IMG/VR virus record: IMGVR_UViG_3300017774_000291
Location: 1-46,210 of that record
Reading direction: 5' to 3' (one strand)
DNA: 46,210 nt
From: a virus
Taxonomy: Duplodnaviria; Caudoviricetes
The notes under the pieces were generated by a model. The model did no database searches, had not been told where the DNA came from, and worked only from the letters and a program-made list of their open reading frames with translations. Made by a program: the position numbers and the translations under genes. Each line of letters starts with the position of its first letter. The first letter of the stretch is position 1. Positions 20,801 to 29,708 of this stretch are shown here, one piece after another.

Positions 20801-23800
20801 CGAAGAGCATCTACTGATTCTCCTCCTAATTTTGTAGCAGTTCTAATATCTTGAATTAATTTTTTACCTGCTTCAGACTGGACATATTGATTTGCTATTT
20901 GAGTAGCCTGTGGGTCTATTAAGCCAGCCTGTTGTTGTGCTAGCCTTGTAGAATTACTTTGTCTTCCAAAAGTTTCAGCAAACGCCTTAGTTGATTCTGC
21001 AGATCCATACATTGCTTTAACAAAAGTAGAACCAGATTTTTGAATTTCTTTAAATTTTTCAACGACTTTATATATTGCCATTCCTGCTAAAACAATTCCA
21101 GCAATCATCAATCCTAGTTTTGATGGCATTACTGCTAAAAGCATTGCCGCTGGTGTTAAAAATCCTAAGAAATTTCCTATACCTTTAGAAAGTTGATTTG
21201 TACTTTGTTGCATTTGCTGTCCAATCATTGGAAGCATAAATCCAGCAGACATCATACCCATTTGAGCAGTAGGGCCAATCTTAAATCCCTTGCTTGTTGA
21301 TTCTTGAACTACTCTTTGGTCTTGATCTGTAGCAAAATATTGAACACCAGGTATTTTTCCACCCATGTTATATCCAGATAAACTTCCATTGTTAATTGCT
21401 TTTAATAATGCCATATTGTTTCTAGTAGATTCTTTATTTACTATGAATTCCCCCGGAGTTAGCATGGCTGGAACTGTATCTGTATTTCCAGATCCAGGAA
21501 CTATGTTTCCCCTATTGTATTTAGCAACGCCACCCTTTTTGTACATTGCAGGACCACTATCTCCGTGATAAAGTTTATTGTAATTATCTATAGTCTTTTG
21601 TTGTTCTGCTATAGGCTTGTTTCTTATTGCATAGAATTTTTTATATAATGCACTTGTCATTGACCCCTGCATTTTTTCAAAATCTATTTTTCTTTTTATA
21701 TAATCTTCAATATCTGTTACAGGTCCTGTTTTAATACCTGTTCTTAGTTGTCCTGTTTGTGTAAGTTTGGCAAATTTAATAGCATTATCTACATTCATAC
21801 CACCTCTAACTAAATCAATTACTACGTCTTCACCATTTTTTGCCAATCCAGAAAGGTTCATTATCTTAGGAACTCCTGCGTTTCCTCTTTCAAATATTGC
21901 CCTTCCTCTTAGTCCACCTAGTCCATAGCCCGGAATTGCTCCACCCTTATTTCTTCTTATCATATTACCCATCTTTGTCATTTGACTTGGGGTTGTCATG
22001 TGAAGTCTTGTTCTTCCAGATATTGCTCTTCCACCTAAAATTGCTTTTTCTTTGCTATAGCCTTTTCCAAATCTTACTTTACCAATAGGACCTTGCTTTA
22101 TTCTATTTTGCAAAAATTGTGAAGAAGTATGTTCATCTAGATTTGATAATGTGAATAAGGCATCTTCAATATTAGAAACTTTTCCATACCCAGATTTTGA
22201 TAATGCATTAAATAAGTTTGATTTTGATTTTTTGTCTGCTTCTCCAGACGTTAATCCTTTTTGTAAAAGATTATTTTTATCACTAGCAAGAAGTCCTTCT
22301 AATATTCTTGCATTGTATAGGTCTGGATTTTTAATAGCACTGCTTAAAAATGAATATACATCAGGATATTTTCTAGGTGAAATTTTGTTATCTATTAAAA
22401 ATTGATATAGTTGTTTTGCATGATTTGAATTCAGTGGAAGATTGTCTGCCTGCATATATAAAGGCAATGTAGACTTATCTATACTTCTCATTTCTTTTGT
22501 ATTGTACAAACTATTCATTTGTCTATTAAAAGTAGCAGCATCACTTCCAGCAAGTGCAACGCTATCATATGCATAGTTTTTAGAAACTAACGCTCCATCG
22601 TTTGCGTAAAGAACTTTTCCACCCATGTTGTACATGTGAGCACCTTCAAAGCCAAGAGGTCTTTTATTTCCTCTCCAACTTTTTTGCATCTTTGTATATG
22701 AGCCTGAATTTAAATCTTGATAACCAGATCTAGGTCCAATCTTTCCTGTACTACTTCTCATTCTTTGTGTTATAACATTTGCAGTATCTTCTGATAATAA
22801 TCTTTGTAAATGATCTGGAGATAGTCTATTATATAAATCTTTATTGTGTAAGTCTTTTACAGAAACAAATTTAACATTACCATATTCTGGTCTATCCATT
22901 ACATCTTGAATTCTTCCAAAGCCTTTACTATCTAAGAATCTTATTTCTTTACCCGGATATTTTGCTGCAATACTATCAAAGTTATTTGAAAGTGTAGTCT
23001 TGTATGCAGTCTTTGCCCACTTTTGACCAGCAAATGCATCTATCATCCACATTCCAATATCGCTTGTCATTTCTTTTCTTAATTGATCTAGTGGTACGCC
23101 TCTCTTGTCAAACCCACCCATTGTTCTATTTCCAATTAACTGTTTATTTGTAGTTGGATTAACTAGATATACTAAATTGTTTAATAAGCCTTGTATACCC
23201 TCTTTAGATGCTGCACCTGCCACTGTTCCTTTGGTAGCACTGGCTCTTCTGTTTGATGTAAACGCTCCAAGTTCTGCTGTAGATTTTGATAATGCTTCTC
23301 TTGGTCCTAAGTATCCACCATGAGCGGCATAGGTAACTCCACCTTTATTGTATCCAGCACCACCACCATTGATTGAATAAAGCAATCCTAAATTCTTTTC
23401 AGTTGCTTGCTTGTTAACAATAAATTCTCCTGGTGTTAACATTGCTGGAACTGTATCTGAACTTCCAGTTCCTGGAACAGTAGACCCATCGCTCATAAAT
23501 ATTCTTCCACCAGAGTTTCTCATTTGCGGTGGTCTAATAATTCTTCCAGTTGCTGACTTTCCGGTCTTAGCAAGTCCTGCTGCTGATTGTCCAACTCCCA
23601 TTGTGTATGGAGCAAGTTTTGCTGCTTCCATCATTTTTGCAATAAGAATAGTATAGGAATCTCCTAAGTACTTAACAGCACCTGCAGCACCCATTGCTTG
23701 TGTAACTTGTTTTCTAAGTGCACTGTTTGTAAATTCTGTTGCAGTACCTAATTGCTGTGCAGCAAGGGCTGCTTCAATTTCTGCTGTTGAAAAATACTTT

Positions 23801-25575
23801 GTTGACTGAGTTGCGTTCTTAAATGCACCAACAATACCACCTTGTAAAAATCCTTTACCAAAAGCACCCATAAACTGAAACAGTTTTGCAAGGGTACCAG
23901 TTAAGTTCATTAATAAACCAAAGAACATAGTTCCAGCGGGTATAACAAGACCAGTAATGATAGTAGCAAAGGCTATAAACTTCTTTGAAAAGTCTGGAAG
24001 ACCATTAAAGGCATCTGCAATTCTTGTAGCAAAATTAACTAATGGAATTGCTAACTTAACAAATATCTCTCCTAAAGGGGCTATTGCTAGTTTAAACTTT
24101 TCTACCGCCGCTTTTAGTTGAACACTAAATGCTTCTTCAATTGTTTTTAATTCTCGATCAGCGGTCATGGCTAGTTCTTCTACGCTATAGCCCATGGTGT
24201 CCATAACTTGTCTTGCTTGAGATCCGTCTCTGATTAAGTTTTCAAACAATGCACCTAGACGAGCGTACTGATACTTTCCAAATACGTCTTCTAGTGCTTG
24301 CTGTTGTTGGAATTCTCCAAGTGTTGATAATGCGTTTGCAAATCCTGTAACTGTTTTCATCAAGTCACCTTGATTTGTTTGAATAATTGCGTCTAGATTA
24401 ATTCCAAATTTTCCTAAAGCCTCTGTTGCTGATTTGCTTGGATTAATTAAAGATCCTAAACCAGACTTTAGTGCGTTTGCACCTTGCTCTGCACTTACTC
24501 CACCTTCTTGCATTGCGGCTAAGAATACTGTTAAGTCTTTTACGCTACCGCCTAACCCTTCAATTACTGGTGCTACACGTGGAATTGCGGCAGCAATATC
24601 CTGTAGGCTTACAACTGTTTGATTTTCAACCATGTTTAGATAGTTGATGGTGTCTGCTAATTCAGCACCTGAAAGTTTAAATGCACTCTGAAGTGCTATT
24701 GTTGTTTCTAATGCAGCATTTTGATCCATTTGACCAAGTGTGGCTAATCTAGTAGCCTGTGAAACTGCGTCTGTTAAATCAGAGTTTCTTCTACCTGCTG
24801 CTGCAGCCTGTGCTGCAAGACTCATAGTATCTTTTACAGCAATACCATATTTAGTATATTCTCTACCTAAATCTTGTACTGCTTTTAAGTTTGATTGTAA
24901 TTCTTTTGGAGTAGTAAATAAATCTCCATATACCTTTTTAAATGCTACCGTTTGTTTTTCTAAATCAGCAAATACTTTTCCTGCTGTTGTTCCAAAGATG
25001 GTTAGTGGAACTGTAAAACCAACCATAAGTTGACGACCAGCCCATTGTACGTTCTTACCAAAATTTACAAGTTGAGTTGTTCCTTGTCTAAACATTGATG
25101 ATAAAATTTGAGTTCTTTGAGAAGCAATAGTTGCTTGATCAGCAAATGCTTGAAGTGGTCTAATTGCTAAAGCGTCTTGCATTCCTTTTGAGGATTTTCC
25201 AGTAGCAATAAATTGTGTTTGAAGAACGCTTGCTTTTTGTCTTGCCAAGTCTAGTGTTTCTGCAAACAGTGCACCATTTTTTACATACTTAGCACTAAAG
25301 TATTGACCTAGGGTTGCTTGACCTTTTTTAAGTGTATCGTCAAGTGCTCCAGCAGCGGTACGCATTTTTACTGTTTCAGCAGTAAACACCTTGCTTGAGT
25401 TAATCATGTCAGCAAGACTTGATGCATACTTTTGAGAGGCTGCTAATGAAGCAGCATTATTTTTATTTAATGATAAGAAAACAGAGTTGATCTGTTGTTG
25501 TAAAATCTTTAGTTCTGCGGAAGAATTTCCGGTATTGATTTCAATATCAACAATACCTTTTACCACTTCGGCCAC
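17839..25575 (-). CDS. tail tape measure protein with internal inserted domains
   Basis: 2578 aa, TP901-type core (approx aa 180-500), hydrophobic segments, coiled coils, position after tail chaperones, three DxVPAxLTPGEF motifs. Confidence 0.93.
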   Translation of the reverse strand: MAEVVKGIVDIEINTGNSSAELKILQQQINSVFLSLNKNNAASLAASQKYASSLADMINSSKVFTAETVKMRTAAGALDDTLKKGQATLGQYFSAKYVKNGALFAETLDLARQKASVLQTQFIATGKSSKGMQDALAIRPLQAFADQATIASQRTQILSSMFRQGTTQLVNFGKNVQWAGRQLMVGFTVPLTIFGTTAGKVFADLEKQTVAFKKVYGDLFTTPKELQSNLKAVQDLGREYTKYGIAVKDTMSLAAQAAAAGRRNSDLTDAVSQATRLATLGQMDQNAALETTIALQSAFKLSGAELADTINYLNMVENQTVVSLQDIAAAIPRVAPVIEGLGGSVKDLTVFLAAMQEGGVSAEQGANALKSGLGSLINPSKSATEALGKFGINLDAIIQTNQGDLMKTVTGFANALSTLGEFQQQQALEDVFGKYQYARLGALFENLIRDGSQARQVMDTMGYSVEELAMTADRELKTIEEAFSVQLKAAVEKFKLAIAPLGEIFVKLAIPLVNFATRIADAFNGLPDFSKKFIAFATIITGLVIPAGTMFFGLLMNLTGTLAKLFQFMGAFGKGFLQGGIVGAFKNATQSTKYFSTAEIEAALAAQQLGTATEFTNSALRKQVTQAMGAAGAVKYLGDSYTILIAKMMEAAKLAPYTMGVGQSAAGLAKTGKSATGRIIRPPQMRNSGGRIFMSDGSTVPGTGSSDTVPAMLTPGEFIVNKQATEKNLGLLYSINGGGAGYNKGGVTYAAHGGYLGPREALSKSTAELGAFTSNRRASATKGTVAGAASKEGIQGLLNNLVYLVNPTTNKQLIGNRTMGGFDKRGVPLDQLRKEMTSDIGMWMIDAFAGQKWAKTAYKTTLSNNFDSIAAKYPGKEIRFLDSKGFGRIQDVMDRPEYGNVKFVSVKDLHNKDLYNRLSPDHLQRLLSEDTANVITQRMRSSTGKIGPRSGYQDLNSGSYTKMQKSWRGNKRPLGFEGAHMYNMGGKVLYANDGALVSKNYAYDSVALAGSDAATFNRQMNSLYNTKEMRSIDKSTLPLYMQADNLPLNSNHAKQLYQFLIDNKISPRKYPDVYSFLSSAIKNPDLYNARILEGLLASDKNNLLQKGLTSGEADKKSKSNLFNALSKSGYGKVSNIEDALFTLSNLDEHTSSQFLQNRIKQGPIGKVRFGKGYSKEKAILGGRAISGRTRLHMTTPSQMTKMGNMIRRNKGGAIPGYGLGGLRGRAIFERGNAGVPKIMNLSGLAKNGEDVVIDLVRGGMNVDNAIKFAKLTQTGQLRTGIKTGPVTDIEDYIKRKIDFEKMQGSMTSALYKKFYAIRNKPIAEQQKTIDNYNKLYHGDSGPAMYKKGGVAKYNRGNIVPGSGNTDTVPAMLTPGEFIVNKESTRNNMALLKAINNGSLSGYNMGGKIPGVQYFATDQDQRVVQESTSKGFKIGPTAQMGMMSAGFMLPMIGQQMQQSTNQLSKGIGNFLGFLTPAAMLLAVMPSKLGLMIAGIVLAGMAIYKVVEKFKEIQKSGSTFVKAMYGSAESTKAFAETFGRQSNSTRLAQQQAGLIDPQATQIANQYVQSEAGKKLIQDIRTATKLGGESVDALRNQLIRQVVSGIITPDEAKAIATEIGVELGNQQIGIDVSAQITKIVGRDGKNVLDNPMEIISSIIPKIDEQAIKKQSQFLYEEQTKGFVGGITKLFDVKSSQEYKIQQGLIAEAAVQAAAIEREARATVTLALQENKISAEEYIRTINNMAQNSPSQKIMGNFFNKEDVKKAIQDYDVAIKSIQGKPQNTTANRAAAVALNNLNNVIGPVTKTINAGVTEAFKNAGIEYIKSDFDTAINKLAKGSTGIATKLKSLILSGEMSLNVAAQIAGLDDKQLSNLEANATKAGLSVQDYMAKIGRLSDANLQEQIINFQITQDGKEIDIDKVQRQLANILSLPESVRTQLQIDTGNLDDVIKFGEIAPKIKSNIDEVNKYLRKTNKDISNSKVQTEIIAKFGGPYASMLETVLKMAGKQLDPLTIPVLIGALNAGDKETLNLLQLATNTKVQRPGQGADALAKLGLTKTTTETSPTPTGTGEKSPLQQMREELKLTKQYQQALVQLQKDKVSPMAINSMSQELAIQIAGIKNTKDRKKAEQEFQQLLQRRNEILASTMTAEERQLQIVDFQDKIYSRQLTLIDRRINSKQREINQEQDLNEIRQKSLDKISEEEEKINEAYNKRVEALDKVDNANQRNASRQKSRISLATALTSGDIGAAAQAAAEITSQEALYKIEDARKALEVQRENAIKAIKITVNGVLMTRKEIEDAIKASNERIYQIGLDIKKIEEEKIPILRLQEQLADSRYQLELKTLAATTSILDLYKQIAAVLSGMGASVPGFGSGGTPQTPGSGTGSEPPMAQQDKYVKRAKQITDAIDQQLKGTPKANARSDFNRFINNSANKVLSEGERDLLISRYGLKINGTRYAMGGMVNYKGSKEAPPAIKMAYGSMVPGMGNTDRVPALLTPGEFVIRKSVANAYMPLLEQLNGNIYPGAAMPKGSAKNNSNLYNNSYSVNVNVAGTDASPDEIANAVMSKIKQVESRSLRGVKVV

Positions 25576-26251
25576 TATTCAATCACCTCGTAATCTAACC
25601 CTTCGCCAATACCGAATCCTGCTCTATGTGCTGCAGCACCCTGTAATGACACAATGTCATTTGGATTAGTTGTTTTACCACCACTAAATGCTTTGGCTTT
25701 AATTTTTTCCCAAGCATCTTGACCATTGGACGAATCGGAGTTTTTATCTAAATCAACACCTTGCATTGCGGCTAAGAATCTACGGTTATCGTTTTCTTCT
25801 TTTTGCTTTGCTTCTAGTATTGCTACTAATTCTGGCATCGATATGCTGTCCTCCATCTCCTCGTAATTCTTCCAAAAACCTAGAAGAAATACTCTGGATT
25901 CTAGTTCGGCTAGATCTAGTTCGTTCCAACTAGAGCCGCCGCTAGTGCGTTTGGGTCGTTCAACTTAATCCCAGCAGCAACTTCAATAACTTTATAAACA
26001 GTTGGAAGATCGATTAAATCTTCTAATTTTACCTTGTCAGCAATTTCTGGTTTATATTGTTTCATTGCGATAACTGCACAATCAAGTAGAAGATCCATAG
26101 ATTTAATATTGTCTTCTGCTATATTCTCATCAGATATTTTTTGAAATTCTTTCATAAAGTCTCTCAATATAGATATCTTCAATGGCTTCATTTCTATTTT
26201 TGTACCATCTTGTAATTCAATTTCTACAACTTCGTAAACACTTGTTGCCAC
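25575..26251 (-). CDS. tail assembly chaperone long form (gpGT-like, -1 frameshift, about 225 aa)
   Basis: The 25575..25856 frame stays open upstream to about 25964 and is -1 relative to the chaperone; slippery C CCA AAC lies in the overlap. Confidence 0.8.
25916..26251 (-). CDS. tail assembly chaperone short form (gpG-like, 111 aa)
   Basis: between major tail and tape measure; GTG at 26251 with AAGGAGG SD (track start 26320 spans a terminator). Confidence 0.85.
   Translation of the reverse strand: MATSVYEVVEIELQDGTKIEMKPLKISILRDFMKEFQKISDENIAEDNIKSMDLLLDCAVIAMKQYKPEIADKVKLEDLIDLPTVYKVIEVAAGIKLNDPNALAAALVGTN
25949..25955 (-). other. programmed -1 ribosomal frameshift slippery site CCCAAAC
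   Basis: X XXY YYZ heptamer in correct phase; downstream stem-loop 25907-25938. Confidence 0.8.
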
Positions 26252-26278
26252 GTAAAGCCTCCTTAAGACTATATAAAA

Positions 26279-26287
26279 ATTATAGCA
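26279..26287 (-). promoter_or_regulatory. extended -10 TGCTATAAT upstream of tail chaperone
   Basis: consensus match directly after a terminator. Confidence 0.55.
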
Positions 26288-26288
26288 C

Positions 26289-26317
26289 AAAACCCACCCC
26301 CCAAAATGGAGAGTGGG
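26289..26317 (-). terminator. intrinsic terminator after major tail gene
   Basis: CCCACTCTCCA-TTT-TGGGGGGTGGG followed by TTTT; G-U pairs work only on the minus-strand RNA. Confidence 0.8.
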
Positions 26318-26339
26318 CAAAGTGTTTTATTAAGTTGTA

Positions 26340-27023
26340 TTACATTTGTGTTGGGGCTTGTCCAACTGTTCTATCGACAATCTTGCCGTATGAACCGTTA
26401 GATGCTGACAACAATCTGAATGTAACTTCGAACATAGAAGGTGTATCTCGTTTTGCGGAAACTGATACATTCTCAATTGAGAGTGCACGGTTTGCTACGT
26501 AAATACGTTCTACTGCTGTGTTTCCTGTTTTTGTTGGGTCTCCAGATCCTGGACCAACTGCTACAAGAGCACGTTCTACTGGAACATCGCCAATATCTCC
26601 TGAAGAGAGATTTAGACGTGCACCGCCGAATCCTTTGTCTGATTCTTTTGCTGCAATTGCAGTAACTAAGTTATCAAGTGTTGCTTCTGCAAAGCCTGTA
26701 ACCATGGATACTTGCATACCTTGTTTGTAAAGTTTTGCAACGTCTAGCAATTGATCAACTTGAACTTCACCAAAGTCTGGTTGGAATTGTAATTCCAAAC
26801 CATTCATTGTGTAGCCCACGCTGTCCCAATCTGCTGAATCACTAAGGGTATCTTTGTATGATGTGCTGCTTACAAATGCTGGAAGGGATGAAGTTCCTGT
26901 TCCAGTAAATGAATAAATTGCTGATGCACCTGTACCTGAAATGTATTCAAGTGGGTAATCTGCAATAAATAGTGCTGCTGCACCTACGATGATTTGTTTT
27001 GAATCACCACGTGTATATGCCAT
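26340..27023 (-). CDS. major tail protein
   Basis: IIVGAA..WDSVGYTMNG..VQVDQLLD..FAEATLDNL pattern; GAGGAGG SD; own terminator. Confidence 0.88.
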   Translation of the reverse strand: MAYTRGDSKQIIVGAAALFIADYPLEYISGTGASAIYSFTGTGTSSLPAFVSSTSYKDTLSDSADWDSVGYTMNGLELQFQPDFGEVQVDQLLDVAKLYKQGMQVSMVTGFAEATLDNLVTAIAAKESDKGFGGARLNLSSGDIGDVPVERALVAVGPGSGDPTKTGNTAVERIYVANRALSIENVSVSAKRDTPSMFEVTFRLLSASNGSYGKIVDRTVGQAPTQM

Positions 27024-27072
27024 ATTTTTTTCCTCCTCTATTGTTTAACATAGTGGGGGCGTATCCTCAATA

Positions 27073-27597
27073 TCAATTATAACTTGTATTTACGTGATAG
27101 TCAAATTTAACAATTAGGTCAGTTTGATAAGGTGTTCTAGTAGTATCTAGATTTGTAGCATCTTTCATGTATGTTACTTGATATGCATTTACACATTGAA
27201 ACTTTACATCAGATGATCCAACATAATTATTTATATCCTCGGCTGCTGCATCTTCTCTGTCTAGTGATGATAGCATTACGTGCCTCATGGCATAAACATC
27301 TTCTACGGTAGCCCCTCTAATTGAATAGAGCATTTGTTGGGATTTAATAGGATAGAAGTATTTATCTTTTCCTGTTCTTGCCTTTACAAAATTATCATAC
27401 AAGATATATGGTCTTGATCCCCAGGCTATATTAGAAGCATTTGGATCATTGATAGGGAATATAGGTATAAAACTAACACCGTTGTTTTTATATTGATTGT
27501 AGAATGTCTCATCTGCCAATCTAAATTGCTCCCATACATATTTATTTACCAATAGTTCTGGTGTCTTAGTATTTAAGTTAGGTATATTAATTGTCAA
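27073..27597 (-). CDS. putative tail terminator protein
   Basis: synteny directly upstream of major tail. Confidence 0.55.
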   Translation of the reverse strand: MTINIPNLNTKTPELLVNKYVWEQFRLADETFYNQYKNNGVSFIPIFPINDPNASNIAWGSRPYILYDNFVKARTGKDKYFYPIKSQQMLYSIRGATVEDVYAMRHVMLSSLDREDAAAEDINNYVGSSDVKFQCVNAYQVTYMKDATNLDTTRTPYQTDLIVKFDYHVNTSYN

Positions 27598-28282
27598 TTT
27601 GATCTTCCCCCGGTAATTTTGATATCCATGAAAGGGCGGTCATCTTTCCTATGCTTGTCGCATTTGTACTTTTTAATGCTGACTTAAAGTTTTTCTCATA
27701 TTCTTTTGGGGATTCAAAATGCTTATAAAATTTAATTGCTCTTAGATATACTTGAGTTAAATAGTTATTATAAAATTCTTCAAACACACTTACGAAGCCA
27801 CCTCTGGTTTCTGCACCACCAGGATTAAGAACTGTTATAGGTCCCATTCTAAAGTATTCTAAACCGTCTATTTCGAAAAATAAAGCCTGTGCTTCTTTCT
27901 CCCTAATAACTACTGGGATGCCTTCTTCCATGACCTCTGCTTTGTCGTAGAACGGCTCCTTGGACCCATCCTTAACTGTTTGTGATTGTAAAAATTCTGC
28001 AGTTATTGTAGAGCCTCTTCCTGAAGAAATAACTCCAAGATCTACAAGTCTTGCTGTAGGGTTTCCAACCTCTCCCCACTCGTAAACATGATGAAGCATT
28101 CCAGGATGCATTCTTGCAACTCCATCAAGGTATTGATAAAAAGCGTTAATGCTAGTATTGGCAACCTTTCTATTAACATATGATTGTTGTGCTTTAGTTT
28201 CTGTAATAAATCCATCTGAATATTGAACCAGATTATTTAACATCTTATTTAAATTTTTAGTATTAATTTTTGCGGTAATCAT
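27587..28282 (-). CDS. putative neck/tail completion protein
   Basis: synteny; LHHVYEW and FYDKAEVMEEG motifs. Confidence 0.5.
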   Translation of the reverse strand: MITAKINTKNLNKMLNNLVQYSDGFITETKAQQSYVNRKVANTSINAFYQYLDGVARMHPGMLHHVYEWGEVGNPTARLVDLGVISSGRGSTITAEFLQSQTVKDGSKEPFYDKAEVMEEGIPVVIREKEAQALFFEIDGLEYFRMGPITVLNPGGAETRGGFVSVFEEFYNNYLTQVYLRAIKFYKHFESPKEYEKNFKSALKSTNATSIGKMTALSWISKLPGEDQIDN

Positions 28283-28734
28283 TAATATAGAACCTCATAT
28301 TGTTTTTGTGATCTAGTTAAATACCCGCGATAAAACTCTACATTATGAAAGGCATCAAAAGAGGGCACAAAACTTGTTACTTCATATTGAGTAACATTGT
28401 CTTCGCTTTCGGTCCAAACATATTCACCACTTCTATCTTTAATGTCTGTTACTAGTATTTCAGTTATTGGGTAGTATGTACCATTTTTCTTTTTTTGAAT
28501 ATTTTCTGCTAGTCTAAAGGCTATGTCTGAATTGTATTGAAAAAATGAAGAGGTTGATTTTAATTCACTATTAAGAGTTTTATCTGACATTGCTGAGATT
28601 GCTGAGCATTTTACACTTCTATCAAAAACCCAAGTCTTTTCCATTGTTCCAAAGTCATTTTGCTTTGTTTCTGCATAGTATATTTCAGCAGTCATTGGAT
28701 AAAATATATTATCTATTCCGGCACCTGGGAGCAT
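28282..28734 (-). CDS. putative head-to-tail stopper
   Basis: synteny, size, QNDFG...W pattern. Confidence 0.55.
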   Translation of the reverse strand: MLPGAGIDNIFYPMTAEIYYAETKQNDFGTMEKTWVFDRSVKCSAISAMSDKTLNSELKSTSSFFQYNSDIAFRLAENIQKKKNGTYYPITEILVTDIKDRSGEYVWTESEDNVTQYEVTSFVPSFDAFHNVEFYRGYLTRSQKQYEVLY

Positions 28735-29631
28735 TTACAAGACCCCAATACGCATCGGTCTCTTATATCTCTCCAAGATCCTATCAACGATCAAGTTACC
28801 AGTTGTGGCTGTCCAGTTTTTAACAAACTTAATCTTAAAATCATCATTGTCAAAAGACTCTATATATCTGTTTATATACTTAATATTATCTTTAAATATA
28901 TCTTGAATTAGTAATTCACATGCTTCTTGAATATCTTGAGGAATTACCTTCCATCCAAAGTCTGCATCTACAATATATTCATATCCATCAAAAAAGTCAA
29001 CATCTAAATATCTGTCTCTCCATACCTTTGGATAATTTATTCTATTAGTTTCTGGTGCATCTAAGATTATTGCATTAAGTTGTTTGTTGATCTTGTAGTC
29101 TGCTTCATTTGTATTTGATGATACGTCATACATCAATTCTCCATTTTCATAAATCTTATATAGGCTATGAACCTTTTCATCTAAAATAAGTTCGTCTGTT
29201 CCAGAGCCAATAAATTCTTTTTCTTTTCTAATGAAAGAAAATCCATCTGTATGGGAGTCAATTATGTATCTAGCCAATCTTTCATATTCAACTATATTGT
29301 TTCTTTCTGCAGTTGTAAGGCCAGAGGCTTTTCCGTATATCTTTAATCCTGTAGTATCTATATTGCAGTATGGTCTTAGTATTTCAATATTTGTAATATT
29401 TACTATAGCACTAGCCGAATTTTTTACTGTTGCTACTAAAGATCCGGTGTATGTTAAATAATGATCTGGCATGACAAACGATACAACGCCTGAGCCGTTT
29501 GCTGCAGCACTTGCTGAGTAAGATTGTGAGGTAATTAAATCGTTTAATTCTAAGTTATAATTTGCACTTGCCGATAAGCCAGAAAATGATGCAGATAAAC
29601 TTGTTGTGTTATTCAATCTTAAAAGTTCCAT
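28735..29631 (-). CDS. head-to-tail adaptor with N-terminal Ig-like extension
   Basis: first gene after capsid; FGWKVIPQDIQEACELL and TGNLIVDRILERY motifs; ATG at 29631 after AGAGG. Confidence 0.7.
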   Translation of the reverse strand: MELLRLNNTTSLSASFSGLSASANYNLELNDLITSQSYSASAAANGSGVVSFVMPDHYLTYTGSLVATVKNSASAIVNITNIEILRPYCNIDTTGLKIYGKASGLTTAERNNIVEYERLARYIIDSHTDGFSFIRKEKEFIGSGTDELILDEKVHSLYKIYENGELMYDVSSNTNEADYKINKQLNAIILDAPETNRINYPKVWRDRYLDVDFFDGYEYIVDADFGWKVIPQDIQEACELLIQDIFKDNIKYINRYIESFDNDDFKIKFVKNWTATTGNLIVDRILERYKRPMRIGVL

Positions 29632-29656
29632 GTGCACCTCTATTTAATTATACTAT

Positions 29657-29691
29657 AAATAAATAAGAGGGAGACATTTCTGCCCCCCTCT
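29657..29691 (-). terminator. intrinsic terminator after major capsid gene
   Basis: AGAGGGGGGCA-GAAA-TGTCTCCCTCT then TATTTATTT. Confidence 0.8.
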
Positions 29692-29708
29692 ATAATTCGT
29701 AAAGCAAA

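Noticed and set aside
26252-26320. Track start of the tail chaperone at 26320
   Set aside because: Extension runs through a terminator and promoter; GTG at 26251 has a strong SD
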